A DNA stretch of 64,000 bases from Thermodesulfobacteriota bacterium (lineage in GTDB: Bacteria > Desulfobacterota_D > UBA1144 > Nemesobacterales > Nemesobacteraceae): positions 512,001 to 576,000 of the forward strand of contig OZ241855.1 in the NCBI GenBank assembly GCA_965202785.1, in the 5' to 3' direction. The notes below the pieces were generated by a model. It ran no database searches, was not told the origin of the DNA, and saw only the letters and a program-made list of their open reading frames with translations. Both the position numbers and the translations under genes were made by a program. Positions 1-9,680 of the stretch are shown piece by piece (within the stretch, counting starts at the first letter, position 1; each line of letters starts with the position of its first letter).

Positions 1-2236
1 GTCCGGGAAGATGCGGGGCAAGGTGGGGTGCAACGCATATGGGGCCCATTCCCGGACCCCCGCCTCCATGGGGGATGCTGAAAGTCTTGTGCAGGTTTAT
101 GTGGCATACGTCAACGCCAATTACGGAGGGAAAACAGAGGCCAACCTGCGCGTTAAGATTCGCCCCGTCCATGTACACCTGCGCGCCACTTGAGTGAATT
201 ATTTCGCATATCTCACTTATTCCGGATTCGAACACCCCGTGAGTCGAAGGATATGTAATCATCAGGCAAGCCACTTTCCCCTCGTTTTTCTGGCAACGCT
301 TTCGAAGGTCGTCTATGTCCACATCCCCGTTTTTCCGGCATTTTACCACCACGACGTCCATACCCGCCATGCGGGCGCTCGCGGGGTTGGTTCCGTGGGC
401 GGAAGAGGGAATCAGCACCACGCGCCTTTCGGTTTCTCCTCTTTCTTCAAAGTACTTGCGTATGACCATAAGGCCCGCGTACTCTCCTTGGGCTCCCGAA
501 TTAGGCTGAAGCGAGCAGGCGTAAAGCCCGGTTATTTCGCAGAGATACTTCTCAAGTTCATCGATCACCCGTGCGTATCCCGCTGCCTGATCCCGGGGCG
601 CAAAAGGATGGATTCTCGAAAATTCCTCCCAGCTTATGGGTACCATTTCGGTCGTACCGTTTAGCTTCATGGTGCAGGAACCGAGAGGAATCATGGAATT
701 AGCCAGGGAAAGATCCCGGCCCTCAAGGCTTTTTATATACCTGAGCATCAGGGTTTCCGAGTGATAGCGGTTAAACACGGGCTGGGCAAGAAAATCACCA
801 TCCCTAAGAAGTTTCTCTGGCACGGACGCAATGGAGCGAGCGCGGTCCACGGCGACGGATCCCTCCTCACCGAGTTCGAGGGAGTTCGAAAAAAGCGAAA
901 GTATCTCGGCTATATCTTCTTCGGTTACCGTTTCGTCAAGTGATATGCAGACTTTGCGGTCCGGGAGATATCTGAAATTGATCCTCCTCTTGAGGGCCTC
1001 CGCGCGAAGCGTTTCGAAGGATTCTTCCCCGCAAGGGGAAAGATCCACGAGAAGGGTGTCGAAAAACGCCCCGTTTAGCTGGACAAGCCCCATTTCCCTA
1101 AAGCCCAGATCGAGCATCTTTGCAAGCGTGTTTATCCTCCCGGAAATGCGCCGCAGCCCGGCTGGACCGTGGTAAACCGCATACATCGAGGACATTATGG
1201 CGAGCAGGGACTGCGCGGTGCATATATTGGAAGTAGCCCTCTCTCTCCTTATGTGCTGTTCCCTGGTCTGAAGTGCCATCCTGTAGGCGGGGTTCTTGTC
1301 CCTGTCTAAAGACACCCCAATTATTCTCCCTGGGACCTGTCTTCTGAACTCGTCTCTCGTAGCGAAATATCCGGCATGGGGACCGCCGTAGCCGACCGGG
1401 ACCCCGAATCTCTGCGAAGTTCCCACGACGGCGTCGGCTCCGAAGCGCCCGGGAGGGGTAAGCAGCACGAGGCTCATCAGATCGGCCGCGACCGCAACCA
1501 TGATGCCGTGGCCGTGGGCGCTTTTGACGAATTCCGAGTAATCCCTCACTTCCCCGAATACGTCCGGATACTGCACAAGCGCACCGAAAAAACTTCCGTC
1601 AAGCGAAACCTTCTCTTCATCTCCCTCCACGATCTTTATTCCCAGGGGCTCGGCCCGGGTCTTCAGGAGATCGATGGTCTGGGGAAAACATCTTCGGGAA
1701 ACGAAAAACCCGTCGGAGTCCGCCTTCTCCCGCTTCGCGCCGCTTAGCCTGTGAAACATGGCCATGGCCTCAGCGGCCGCCGTTGCTTCATCGAGCAGCG
1801 AGGCGTTTGAAAGCCCCATCTCCGTAAGCTCCGAAATCACCGTCTGGAAGTTAAGGAGGGCTTCCAGGCGTCCCTGCGATATTTCCGCCTGGTAAGGAGT
1901 GTACTGAGTGTACCAGCTTGGATTCTCGAGAATATTTCTTAATATGACTGCAGGGACCACGCAGTCGTAGTAACCCAGACCTATGTACGACCTGAATACA
2001 GTGTTCTCGCGCGCGATACCCTTTATATGGTCAAGATAGGAGCTTTCGGTCATGGCAGCGGGAACGGCCATTTCGGTCTCTGAAAGCAGGTCGGCCGGTA
2101 TGGTTTCCCGAACCAGTTCCTCAAGACTTCCCGCACCAGTGCACGAAAGCATCTGGAGTGTTTCCTCGGGCGCGGGACCTATATGTCTCGCCGAGAAAAA
2201 ATCCTCTTGTTCATAAATGCCGTTTTCGTTTCGCAA
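1..2236 (-). CDS. gcvP: Glycine dehydrogenase (glycine cleavage P protein), 3' end outside window
   Basis: Missing from the ORF track; translated by hand. It begins TTG at 2236 after a GGGGAGAG SD and reads ...DFFSARHIGP.... The PLP-lysine motif DVCHINLHKTFSIPHGGGGPGMGPI lies near position 1-120. It follows gcvT and gcvH. Confidence 0.95.
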   Translation of the reverse strand, partial: MRNENGIYEQEDFFSARHIGPAPEETLQMLSCTGAGSLEELVRETIPADLLSETEMAVPAAMTESSYLDHIKGIARENTVFRSYIGLGYYDCVVPAVILRNILENPSWYTQYTPYQAEISQGRLEALLNFQTVISELTEMGLSNASLLDEATAAAEAMAMFHRLSGAKREKADSDGFFVSRRCFPQTIDLLKTRAEPLGIKIVEGDEEKVSLDGSFFGALVQYPDVFGEVRDYSEFVKSAHGHGIMVAVAADLMSLVLLTPPGRFGADAVVGTSQRFGVPVGYGGPHAGYFATRDEFRRQVPGRIIGVSLDRDKNPAYRMALQTREQHIRRERATSNICTAQSLLAIMSSMYAVYHGPAGLRRISGRINTLAKMLDLGFREMGLVQLNGAFFDTLLVDLSPCGEESFETLRAEALKRRINFRYLPDRKVCISLDETVTEEDIAEILSLFSNSLELGEEGSVAVDRARSIASVPEKLLRDGDFLAQPVFNRYHSETLMLRYIKSLEGRDLSLANSMIPLGSCTMKLNGTTEMVPISWEEFSRIHPFAPRDQAAGYARVIDELEKYLCEITGLYACSLQPNSGAQGEYAGLMVIRKYFEERGETERRVVLIPSSAHGTNPASARMAGMDVVVVKCRKNGDVDIDDLRKRCQKNEGKVACLMITYPSTHGVFESGISEICEIIHSSGAQVYMDGANLNAQVGLCFPSVIGVDVCHINLHKTFSIPHGGGGPGMGPICVAPHLAPHLPG

Positions 2237-2296
2237 TCACAACTCTCCCCAAAGAATCAAGTGGAACTCCCCGCCCCATCCATACACCGAGGCACA

Positions 2297-2695
2297 TCAG
2301 GCATCTTCCTCGTCTTCTATCAGTTCTTCGTAACCGGAAGGATCAAGAAGAGCCTCGACTTCGCTTTGGTCAAGCTCATCGGTATGGATCTTTACGATCC
2401 ATCCGTCACCGTAAGGATCAGCGTTTACAAGTTCCGGGGAATCCACGAGAAGATCGTTCACCTCGGCAATTTCCCCCGAGACCGGGGCGAAAAGCTCAGA
2501 AACCGCCTTTGTCGACTCCGCCGCACCGAAGGAGTCTCCCTGAACAAGTTCAGCCCCTTCAACCGGCAGTTCAACAAAAACTATCTCCCCCAGGGCTTCC
2601 TGTGCGTAATCTGTTATTCCGATCACGGCCCTGTCCTCTTCAAATCTCACCCACTCATGCTCCTCAGTATATTTCAAGTTTTTCGGTACACTCAT
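2297..2695 (-). CDS. gcvH: Glycine cleavage H protein
   Basis: LKYTEEHEWV, GITDYAQEALGEIVFVELP, lipoyl-lysine motif ESTKAVSEL, VNADPYGDGW. Confidence 0.97.
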   Translation of the reverse strand: MSVPKNLKYTEEHEWVRFEEDRAVIGITDYAQEALGEIVFVELPVEGAELVQGDSFGAAESTKAVSELFAPVSGEIAEVNDLLVDSPELVNADPYGDGWIVKIHTDELDQSEVEALLDPSGYEELIEDEEDA

Positions 2696-2723
2696 AACCT
2701 AAATGCTCCTTTATGTTCGTTGA

Positions 2724-3818
2724 TTAAGACATACCGTCCTTATGAAGCGGAAATTCAGAAGAAACCGCCTTTCTCACATCTCTGCGGATCTCGATCCCTA
2801 TCTCATCTCCGTACTTAACTTCACCCGAGGCAACCGAAGCAATGCCCACACCAATATCAAGAACCGGTGACATGGTGCCGCTTGTAACCTCTCCTATCTT
2901 TTTTCCGTTTTTCATTACCCCGTAGCCGTGTCTGGGAACCCCCTTATCAAGCATCTTAAAACCGATGGTTTCTCTGGGCGTTCCGCTCTCCACCTGCTCC
3001 AGGAGTATGTCTCTGCCTATAAAATCGCCTTTGTCCATCTTCACGTATCTATTAAGACCAGCCTCGACCGGAGTCGTTTTCTCATCCAGTTCGTTTCCGT
3101 AAAGAGGATATCCGGCTTCTATCCTAAGCGTGTCGCGCGCTCCCAGACCGCAAAGAGCAATCCCGAATTCGCTTCCGCTTTCAAAAAGCTTCTCCCAGAT
3201 CCAGACCGCGTCTCCCCCGGGCACGAACAGTTCAAAGCCGTCTTCACCCGTGTAACCCGTCCTGGCCGCTATAACTCCCGCCGCATTACCCTCAAGAAGC
3301 CTGAAAGAGAACCTCGGGAAATCCCGCACGCTCTCTTCGCCAAGCGCCTTTTCCATTACGGATACGGAACAGGGCCCCTGAACGGCGATCTGCGCGTAGG
3401 CCAGGCTCGCATCGGTTACCTCAACGTCAAACCCCTCGCAGTTATCGACGACCCAGCGGTAGACCTTCTCGGTGTTGGACGCGTTTACGCACACAAGGAA
3501 ATGCTCGGCCGAGAACCTGTAGGTTATAAGGTCGTCAATCGCCCCGCCGTCAGGGTAGCAGAAAAGACCGTAGCGGGCCCGGCCGTCGCGAAGCCCCGCC
3601 ATGTCGTTAGTGTTAAGCTTCTGGCAGAAGGCTTCAGCCTGAGGCCCGGTGATCTCTATTTCTCCCATGTGGCTTACGTCGAAAAGACCGCAGGCGGTCC
3701 TGACAGCCATGTGTTCCTGCCTTATACCGTCGAACTGAAGAGGAAGCTTCCACCCGGCAAAATCGATCATCCTCGCCCCGAAACTCTTGTGTGTTTCGTA
3801 TAAAGGGGTGTAAGTCAT
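2724..3818 (-). CDS. gcvT: Glycine cleavage T protein (aminomethyltransferase)
   Basis: TPLYETH, GLFDVSHMGE, RTGYTGEDGFE, GLGARDTLRIEAG motifs. Confidence 0.97.
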   Translation of the reverse strand: MTYTPLYETHKSFGARMIDFAGWKLPLQFDGIRQEHMAVRTACGLFDVSHMGEIEITGPQAEAFCQKLNTNDMAGLRDGRARYGLFCYPDGGAIDDLITYRFSAEHFLVCVNASNTEKVYRWVVDNCEGFDVEVTDASLAYAQIAVQGPCSVSVMEKALGEESVRDFPRFSFRLLEGNAAGVIAARTGYTGEDGFELFVPGGDAVWIWEKLFESGSEFGIALCGLGARDTLRIEAGYPLYGNELDEKTTPVEAGLNRYVKMDKGDFIGRDILLEQVESGTPRETIGFKMLDKGVPRHGYGVMKNGKKIGEVTSGTMSPVLDIGVGIASVASGEVKYGDEIGIEIRRDVRKAVSSEFPLHKDGMS

Positions 3819-3825
3819 ATACTAG

Positions 3826-3854
3826 ATTAAACATCCAAAAAAGTGGACTGTCAA
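3826..3854 (-). promoter_or_regulatory. Sigma70-like promoter for the gcvTHP operon (TTGACA-N17-TTTAAT)
   Basis: On the minus strand: TTGACA, a 17-nt spacer, TTTAAT, then 7 nt to the gcvT ATG. Confidence 0.6.
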
Positions 3855-4028
3855 AACAATCTCAAGGTACAATTATATCACTTGTTCGGGGATGCCCCAA
3901 TTCCCGAAGCTGCCAATCCGATTGAGAGGATAATAGAGGTGGAAGTTTTCCCATATGGACAGACTATCGTCAATGCTGCTTTGGCAGGCCGTATGCCGGG
4001 CGTGCGGAAGCCGGAAACTGAACGCAAG

Positions 4029-4772
4029 ATGAATTATCCCAGAACAACTGTCTACGCAATATGCCTCTGCTTGGTTGTCTTGTTATCGTCGGCGCCGGCA
4101 GTAGCGCAGACTTGGAATGCGTTCAATGCCCAGTTGCTCTATGGTACGGGCTTCGAACTGGAGCGCGAGAAAGCGGGAACCCTCACTCTGGAATGGATTA
4201 ACGGCTGGGCCTATGGTGATAACTTTGCCTTTATGGATATCCGGCCATTGAGAGGTAACAGTTCATTCTACGGGGAGTGGTCACCCCGTCTGAGCTTCTC
4301 CAAAATAAGCGGCAAATCTTTTTCCGCGGGGCCGGTGGAAGACGTGCTTCTGTCCGGCACTCTGGAGAAGGGAGAAGGCTTTGCCAATTATCTAGTTGGC
4401 GGCGCGGTGGATCTTGATGTGCCCGGGTTTAATCTCGTCCAGACAAACGGCTATTTAAGGCAGAATCCGGACCTTCCCGGAACAACTTGGCAGGTGACAG
4501 TGGTTTGGAATGCGACCTTCGAAACGGGGCCGGCGCACTGGATTTTTCATGGCTTTTTCGACTGGGCCGGCTCAGAGGGTGAAGCCGGAACATCCGCTTA
4601 TCAGAAACAAAATTTTCTTGCTCAGCCTCAGCTCCTGCTGGATGTGGGGCGTCTGGTGAACCAGCAGAAGCGGGTATATGTCGGTATTGAGTGGTGGTAT
4701 TGGCACAACAAGTTTGGCATTTCAGGGGTCGAGGATTCGGCTGTTCAGGCAATGATAAAGGTGGATTTATAA
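4029..4772 (+). CDS. Tsx/OmpK-like nucleoside-specific outer-membrane channel
   Basis: Signal peptide from ATG 4029 (MNYPRTT...APAVA). Motifs TLTLEWINGWAYGDNFAFMD, FYGEWSPRLS, QPQLLLDVG and YVGIEWWYWHNKFG, with an amphipathic beta-strand C-terminus. The ORF-track start at 3843 is probably too long. Confidence 0.8.
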   Translation: MNYPRTTVYAICLCLVVLLSSAPAVAQTWNAFNAQLLYGTGFELEREKAGTLTLEWINGWAYGDNFAFMDIRPLRGNSSFYGEWSPRLSFSKISGKSFSAGPVEDVLLSGTLEKGEGFANYLVGGAVDLDVPGFNLVQTNGYLRQNPDLPGTTWQVTVVWNATFETGPAHWIFHGFFDWAGSEGEAGTSAYQKQNFLAQPQLLLDVGRLVNQQKRVYVGIEWWYWHNKFGISGVEDSAVQAMIKVDL

Positions 4773-4834
4773 CTGATCCCCATTGCCAACCACAGCAGGA
4801 AGATCGTCGGCTGCGGGCACATCCGCGGAAATCA

Positions 4835-4866
4835 GGCGCGCGGGGCTTTGCCCGCGGTGTCTTTTT
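4835..4866 (+). terminator. Possible intrinsic terminator between porin and permease genes
   Basis: GC-rich stem CGCGGG(G)C-TTT-GCCCGCG followed by GTGTCTTTTT. Confidence 0.3.
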
Positions 4867-4936
4867 CATTATAATCGATAGTTGATCGCAGGTTCGCCGT
4901 TTGGTTCTGCGGTTCCACACAACCCCGGAATAAGAC

Positions 4937-6586
4937 ATGAGAAACCTCTTTTCCCCCGCGGGGGCACAGCCTCTTTTTTCATTCTCTGACGCAGAAGGCT
5001 TTTTCGGCCTCATGGTGGACAATCTCGTCCAGTATGTTCTGATCATGGTACTGCTCACCGGTCTTGTGGGTCTGCAAAGGGAGTTTGTTGTCTCCTCGGT
5101 CCTCCCGGCCATAGCGATATCGCTTATTATCGGCAACCTCTACTACGCCTGGCTCGCACAACGGCTCTCGGCAGCCACCGGAAGAAAAGACGTAACGGCG
5201 CTTCCCTATGGGGTAAACACGATTTCCCTGTTCGCCTTCATCTTCCTGGTAATGATCCCGGCGAAACTAGCGGCCGAAAGCCGGGGAGTTCCGCCTCAGG
5301 AAGCCGCGCTTGTGGCCTGGCGCGTCGGGGTCGCGGCTTGCTTTCTCTCCGGAATCATTGAACTCGCAGGATCCGTGATAGCCGAGAGGATCAGAAAGGC
5401 GACTCCGCGCGCCGCGCTGCTCACTTCCCTTGCCGGAATAGCCGTAGCGTTTCTCTGCATGGACTTTGCCGCAAGATGCTTCGCCTATCCTCTGGTCGCC
5501 CTGCTCTCTCTGGGAGTGCTGCTGTTCGCCCTGCTTTCAAGAATGAGACTTCCGCTTGGAATTCCGGGGGTCGGTCTGGCGCTCGTTCTGGGAATACTCA
5601 CCGCGTGGTTTCTCTTTGCAGCGGGATTCGGAGCGGAAACAACGGTGTCGGGACCTGCCGTGAGCCAAGCTCTTGGCGACGTGGGATTCTACCTGCCCAT
5701 TCCGATCCTGGGTGATCTAGTAGCTGGGCTTTCGGATCCCCTCGTACGCTCGGTGCTGATTCCAGTCGTGCTTCCTATGGGTCTTTACAACATCCTCGGA
5801 TCCCTTCAGAACATAGAGTCCGCCGAGGCCGCGGGAGACCCCTATCCCACCGGACCGTGCCTCGCGGTTAACGGCGCGGGATCGATAGCAGCGTCTCTTT
5901 TCGGGTCGTGCTTCCCGACGACCATATATATAGGACATCCGGGATGGAAAGAGATGGGAGCGAAAGGAGGCTACTCGGTAATAAACGGAATTTTCTTTGC
6001 CGTGGTGTCGCTTGTCGGCCTGGGTTCCCTGGTCTCGGCGCTGGTGCCGATTGAAGCCGCCGGAGTAATACTTATATGGATAGGACTCGTGATGACGTCC
6101 CAGGCGTTTCAGACCACTCCCCGCTCACATGCCCCAGCCGTGGCCCTAGGGCTGATACCCGCACTCGCGGCTTGGGGAACCGTGGTGGTTTCCCAGACTG
6201 TTTCGGCAGTGGGAGCCGCTATCTCGGACGGTTCGGTGGCCACGCGCGCGTTTGAGAACCTCAATGTGTTTATTTTCTCGGGTCTTCAGCTGCCAGGACT
6301 GGTAGCGCTTTCCCAGGGATTCATGCTTTCGTCGGTGGTCTGGGCCGCAACAGCCGTCTGCCTCGTTGAACGCAGGCTTAACCAGGCGGCAGCGTGGATG
6401 GGAACGGGAGCTGTGATGGCGTTTTTCGGTTTCATACACGCGGGAGAGATCTCGGTTGAAGGAAATCTTTATTCTCTTGGTTTCGGAACGGGAGCCAAGT
6501 GGGCGGTCGGATACGCTCTTTCGGCCGTCTTTTTCATGATTGTCTCCCACGTTAACCGCAAAAGCGGCGGGGGCGCAACAGGTTGA
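4937..6586 (+). CDS. NCS2/AzgA-like xanthine/uracil/purine permease
   Basis: About 14 hydrophobic segments; family motifs GFFGLMVDNLVQ, VTALPYGVNT, LQNIESAEAAGD, FPTTIYIGHPGWK. Confidence 0.85.
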   Translation: MRNLFSPAGAQPLFSFSDAEGFFGLMVDNLVQYVLIMVLLTGLVGLQREFVVSSVLPAIAISLIIGNLYYAWLAQRLSAATGRKDVTALPYGVNTISLFAFIFLVMIPAKLAAESRGVPPQEAALVAWRVGVAACFLSGIIELAGSVIAERIRKATPRAALLTSLAGIAVAFLCMDFAARCFAYPLVALLSLGVLLFALLSRMRLPLGIPGVGLALVLGILTAWFLFAAGFGAETTVSGPAVSQALGDVGFYLPIPILGDLVAGLSDPLVRSVLIPVVLPMGLYNILGSLQNIESAEAAGDPYPTGPCLAVNGAGSIAASLFGSCFPTTIYIGHPGWKEMGAKGGYSVINGIFFAVVSLVGLGSLVSALVPIEAAGVILIWIGLVMTSQAFQTTPRSHAPAVALGLIPALAAWGTVVVSQTVSAVGAAISDGSVATRAFENLNVFIFSGLQLPGLVALSQGFMLSSVVWAATAVCLVERRLNQAAAWMGTGAVMAFFGFIHAGEISVEGNLYSLGFGTGAKWAVGYALSAVFFMIVSHVNRKSGGGATG

Positions 6587-7242
6587 CCGATAGAGGCGAC
6601 TCCCGAAAAATACGGGATTTCTACTCCGCTCTTTACGAGAGATACGGCCCGCAGGACTGGTGGCCCGCCCGGACAAAGTTTGAGTGCGCAACGGGAGCCA
6701 TACTCACTCAGAACACCTCCTGGAAGAACGTGGAAAAAGCCATAGAGGCGCTCAGGGCAAACTCCATGCTTTCTGCGGAGAAGATAAAAGCGGCATCGCA
6801 CGAGCGCCTCGCCGCCCTGATCCGCCCTTGCGGATATCACAACTTAAAAGCCAAGAGACTTAAGAACTTCATCGACTTCCTGTTTGCCGGTTACGGAGGG
6901 ATGATGGAGAACATGCTGGCTGAGAATACCGACAGACTCAGGGAAAAGCTGCTCTCGGTAAACGGCATCGGCGAAGAGACGGCTGACTCAATACTGCTCT
7001 ACGCGCTCGGCAAACCCGTGTTCGTGGTCGATAACTACTCCCGCAGAATTCTCCGCCGCCACCGCCTGATCCCCGAGGGAGCAAGCTACTCGGAAATGCA
7101 GAAACTTTTTGTGCGAAGCCTTTCTGTGGACACAGAAGTTTTCGGAGAGTACCACGCGCTCATAGTGAAGACGGGAAAGCTTCACTGCCGGAAGACCCCT
7201 AGCTGTGAAGGCTGTCCGCTTGAACATGATCCGCACGATTGA
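6583..7242 (+). CDS. Endonuclease III-related HhH-GPD DNA glycosylase with C-terminal 4Fe-4S motif
   Basis: GPQDWWP, GAILTQNTSWKNV, HhH LLSVNGIGEETADSILLYA, VVDNY, C-terminal CRKTPSCEGCPL. Confidence 0.88.
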   Translation: MTDRGDSRKIRDFYSALYERYGPQDWWPARTKFECATGAILTQNTSWKNVEKAIEALRANSMLSAEKIKAASHERLAALIRPCGYHNLKAKRLKNFIDFLFAGYGGMMENMLAENTDRLREKLLSVNGIGEETADSILLYALGKPVFVVDNYSRRILRRHRLIPEGASYSEMQKLFVRSLSVDTEVFGEYHALIVKTGKLHCRKTPSCEGCPLEHDPHD

Positions 7243-7459
7243 TTCCGCAACAAACTCTCTTTAGCCGGAAATAAAGGGAATTATCAGTTACATAAACCAC
7301 GGTCGGGAACCTGCAACTCGCGGGTTCTCTCGTCCGCCATAGCAGTTTCCTAATTTTGGTTGCGGGAAATGGTATAGAGTTCGCTATATATGTTAAGACT
7401 ACTCCGCGCTACCCAAAAACAGGTTACTCCACAGGTTCTTTCTGTGTTATATTCTCAAC

Positions 7460-7559
7460 TGTGCGAGTTGAAAGAGCCCTGCTATGTCGGGTCTCCGTTA
7501 ATACAACACCCGTTCTAGTGAAATAAGCAGAAAGTCTGAAAACTCTTTCGACTAGCACA
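7460..7559 (+). ncRNA. Candidate structured leader RNA (17-bp closing stem with nested helices)
   Basis: TGTGCGAGTTGAAAGAG (7460-7476) pairs with CTCTTTCGACTAGCACA (7543-7559). Inner pairs CTGCT/AGCAG and CGGGT/ACCCG. An extended -10, TGnTATATT (7445-7453), lies just upstream. Confidence 0.35.
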
Positions 7560-7607
7560 AGGTTCGCACCCACGTGCGTCGCAAACCAAGGCTAGGTGTA
7601 AGAAATT

Positions 7608-8708
7608 TTGATGAGACAAGCTTTATCTGCCCTTGTAGTTGTATTGCTTTTCGTTGTTAGCTGTGGTGGAGGCGAGGGAGATACTGCTGCTGTTCAATCA
7701 GCAAATGATAGGGAACCAACCTGCCTTTTTTCTGCAGATGAAGAAATTCTTTTTCATCAACCGGAGAACTACCACTATTTAGAAAATCTTTGTTCTGATG
7801 GTTCGGTAGTTTCGTATTTTTGTCGTTTTCCCGGTTCTGATAGTACCATCATTTTTAGTGCCGGTGACGACGAAGGTTCCTTAGACAATATCTGTAAAGA
7901 ACTACAGTCCCGTGAGACAGGAATTCCTGTAGGGGTAAGTGAATATAATGAATGCGTGAATGCTGACGATCTGCTTATATATTTTAACAGTTTTTCGCTT
8001 GACCGGTTCACTGTCCGTCCAGAGGTTAGCCTAGCGGAAGGAACTACGGACTTTCAAAAAAATATTGTATGGCGTGCCGTCAAGTTTTTAAACGCCTCCC
8101 TTCCCGATGACTACAAGATAAGAATACGACCTGAGTATATACCCGCCCGAAGTGGCAAACCCCCAAGTGGCGAAATATATATTGATTTTGCCCCTAAAGA
8201 AGAGTGGCAGGATGTAGGAAATTCAGACATGGAAGATTTCATAGCATTGGCGAACTCGTATTCTTCTTCTGATGAACTTTCTGTTCATATCTGGGTCGAC
8301 CCTCAATACATTCAAATCAGGTTTCTGAAGGGTGAGGATGGATTTGAAGAGAGAGTTAACAGAAATGAGAGAGATGCAAACAACATAGCGTTGTTAAGTC
8401 ATGAGTTGCTTCACGCCCTCGGCTTCTCCGGGCATGTTTTTGCCCAAACATTTGGGTCAATAACATTTGCATCAGTTAGGTCAATTATGGTGCCGTATGC
8501 TCAAATCACTGGTACAAGCGCAACCATTGGCGAAACCAGGATAAGAGTCCCCTTTAAAATAGCACTTAAAAATGGACTTCTTCCAGAAGCGGATAGGGCA
8601 GGTTTAAGGTACCTGTATGAAGAGCTTGAACCGGGGGATTCGTCACAGAGCATTGAAGAAGCAGACCTTGATGCATGGCTTGTGGACAAAGGTTGCTTCA
8701 GCCAGTAA
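7608..8708 (+). CDS. Lipoprotein with metzincin-like zinc metallopeptidase motif
   Basis: Lipobox FVVS-C, zinc motif HELLHALGFSGH, Met-turn-like SIMVP; visibly more AT-rich than its neighbours. Confidence 0.7.
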   Translation: MMRQALSALVVVLLFVVSCGGGEGDTAAVQSANDREPTCLFSADEEILFHQPENYHYLENLCSDGSVVSYFCRFPGSDSTIIFSAGDDEGSLDNICKELQSRETGIPVGVSEYNECVNADDLLIYFNSFSLDRFTVRPEVSLAEGTTDFQKNIVWRAVKFLNASLPDDYKIRIRPEYIPARSGKPPSGEIYIDFAPKEEWQDVGNSDMEDFIALANSYSSSDELSVHIWVDPQYIQIRFLKGEDGFEERVNRNERDANNIALLSHELLHALGFSGHVFAQTFGSITFASVRSIMVPYAQITGTSATIGETRIRVPFKIALKNGLLPEADRAGLRYLYEELEPGDSSQSIEEADLDAWLVDKGCFSQ

Positions 8709-9093
8709 ATCAAGCTTCCTTGCCTTCTCGGGGACAGATCCTATATTATCCCCCGAACAGATAATTCCCTGCACAAACGAATTTGACGTTGGAGATGTGG
8801 TCTAGATACTGATGGGCGGAAGACCGATCTCGGAGATTATATTGAGTATTGGAAGATCAGGATTCCGAGTAAGAATCCGAAGGCTAAAATAGGAAAAAAT
8901 ATTGCCCACTGCAAGAGACTAAAAGACCTTCCACGTCATTTCAACACTTGGAATCGTCAAGGCGATGAACGGAAGCGCCCATGCCCTGAAAATCACCGTG
9001 AAGCGATCTTTGCAGCATTTCGCCATGCTTTGACCTACCAGCTCAGAGAAATAGTTTCTTGAATAAAACCGGAGCTTCGGTCAGAGAAGATAT

Positions 9094-9447
9094 CTATCCT
9101 TTCTTAGAAGTAGCAAACTCCACCACGGCCTTGAAGCTCTCCGGGTTTCTTACGGCAAGCTCAGAGAGGCTTTTACGGTCAAGCTCGACCCCCGATTTCT
9201 TGAGCGCGTCAATGAACCTGCTGTAGGAAAGGCCGAAGGGTCTTACTCCGGCATTTATCCTCATGATCCAAAGCGCCCTGAAATCCCTTTTTCTGCGGCG
9301 CCGGTCCCTGTAGGAATAGGCAAGCGCCCTGAGTATGGTTTCCTTCGCCCTTCTGAAATTGTTTTTTCTTCTGCCCCAGTAACCCTTGGCGAGCTTAAGA
9401 ACTCTTTTTTTCCGTCTTCTGGAAGTAACTCCTCTTTTTATACGCAT
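9094..9447 (-). CDS. rplT: 50S ribosomal protein L20
   Basis: MRIKRGV...LAKGYWG...[20 protein letters not shown]; thrS-infC-rpmI-rplT synteny. Confidence 0.98.
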   Translation of the reverse strand: MRIKRGVTSRRRKKRVLKLAKGYWGRRKNNFRRAKETILRALAYSYRDRRRRKRDFRALWIMRINAGVRPFGLSYSRFIDALKKSGVELDRKSLSELAVRNPESFKAVVEFATSKKG

Positions 9448-9470
9448 CGGTATTCTCCGTCTCTATCAGC

Positions 9471-9668
9471 TCACAGGTAAGGAACATAGGTCTTGATCTT
9501 CTTGGCGGCGGAACCTTCAATGAAGTCCGGCTCCAGTAGTCTCCGCATTCTCTTTGAGCTTTTCTTTACGTTTATATGGCTTTTGCCGCCCTTGTTTCTC
9601 CTTATCTTTCCGCTTCCCGTAGCGGAAAATCTTTTCGCCGCGCTGCGGTTCGTTTTCATCTTAGGCAT
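9471..9668 (-). CDS. rpmI: 50S ribosomal protein L35
   Basis: MPKMKTNRSAAKRFSATGSGK; operon position. Confidence 0.97.
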   Translation of the reverse strand: MPKMKTNRSAAKRFSATGSGKIRRNKGGKSHINVKKSSKRMRRLLEPDFIEGSAAKKIKTYVPYL

Positions 9669-9680
9669 TTGGTACATCCC

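Noticed and set aside
11-2818. Several + strand ORFs of 60-211 aa
   Set aside because: They lie opposite gcvP/gcvH; the real gene gcvP is missing from the track only because its stop is outside the window.
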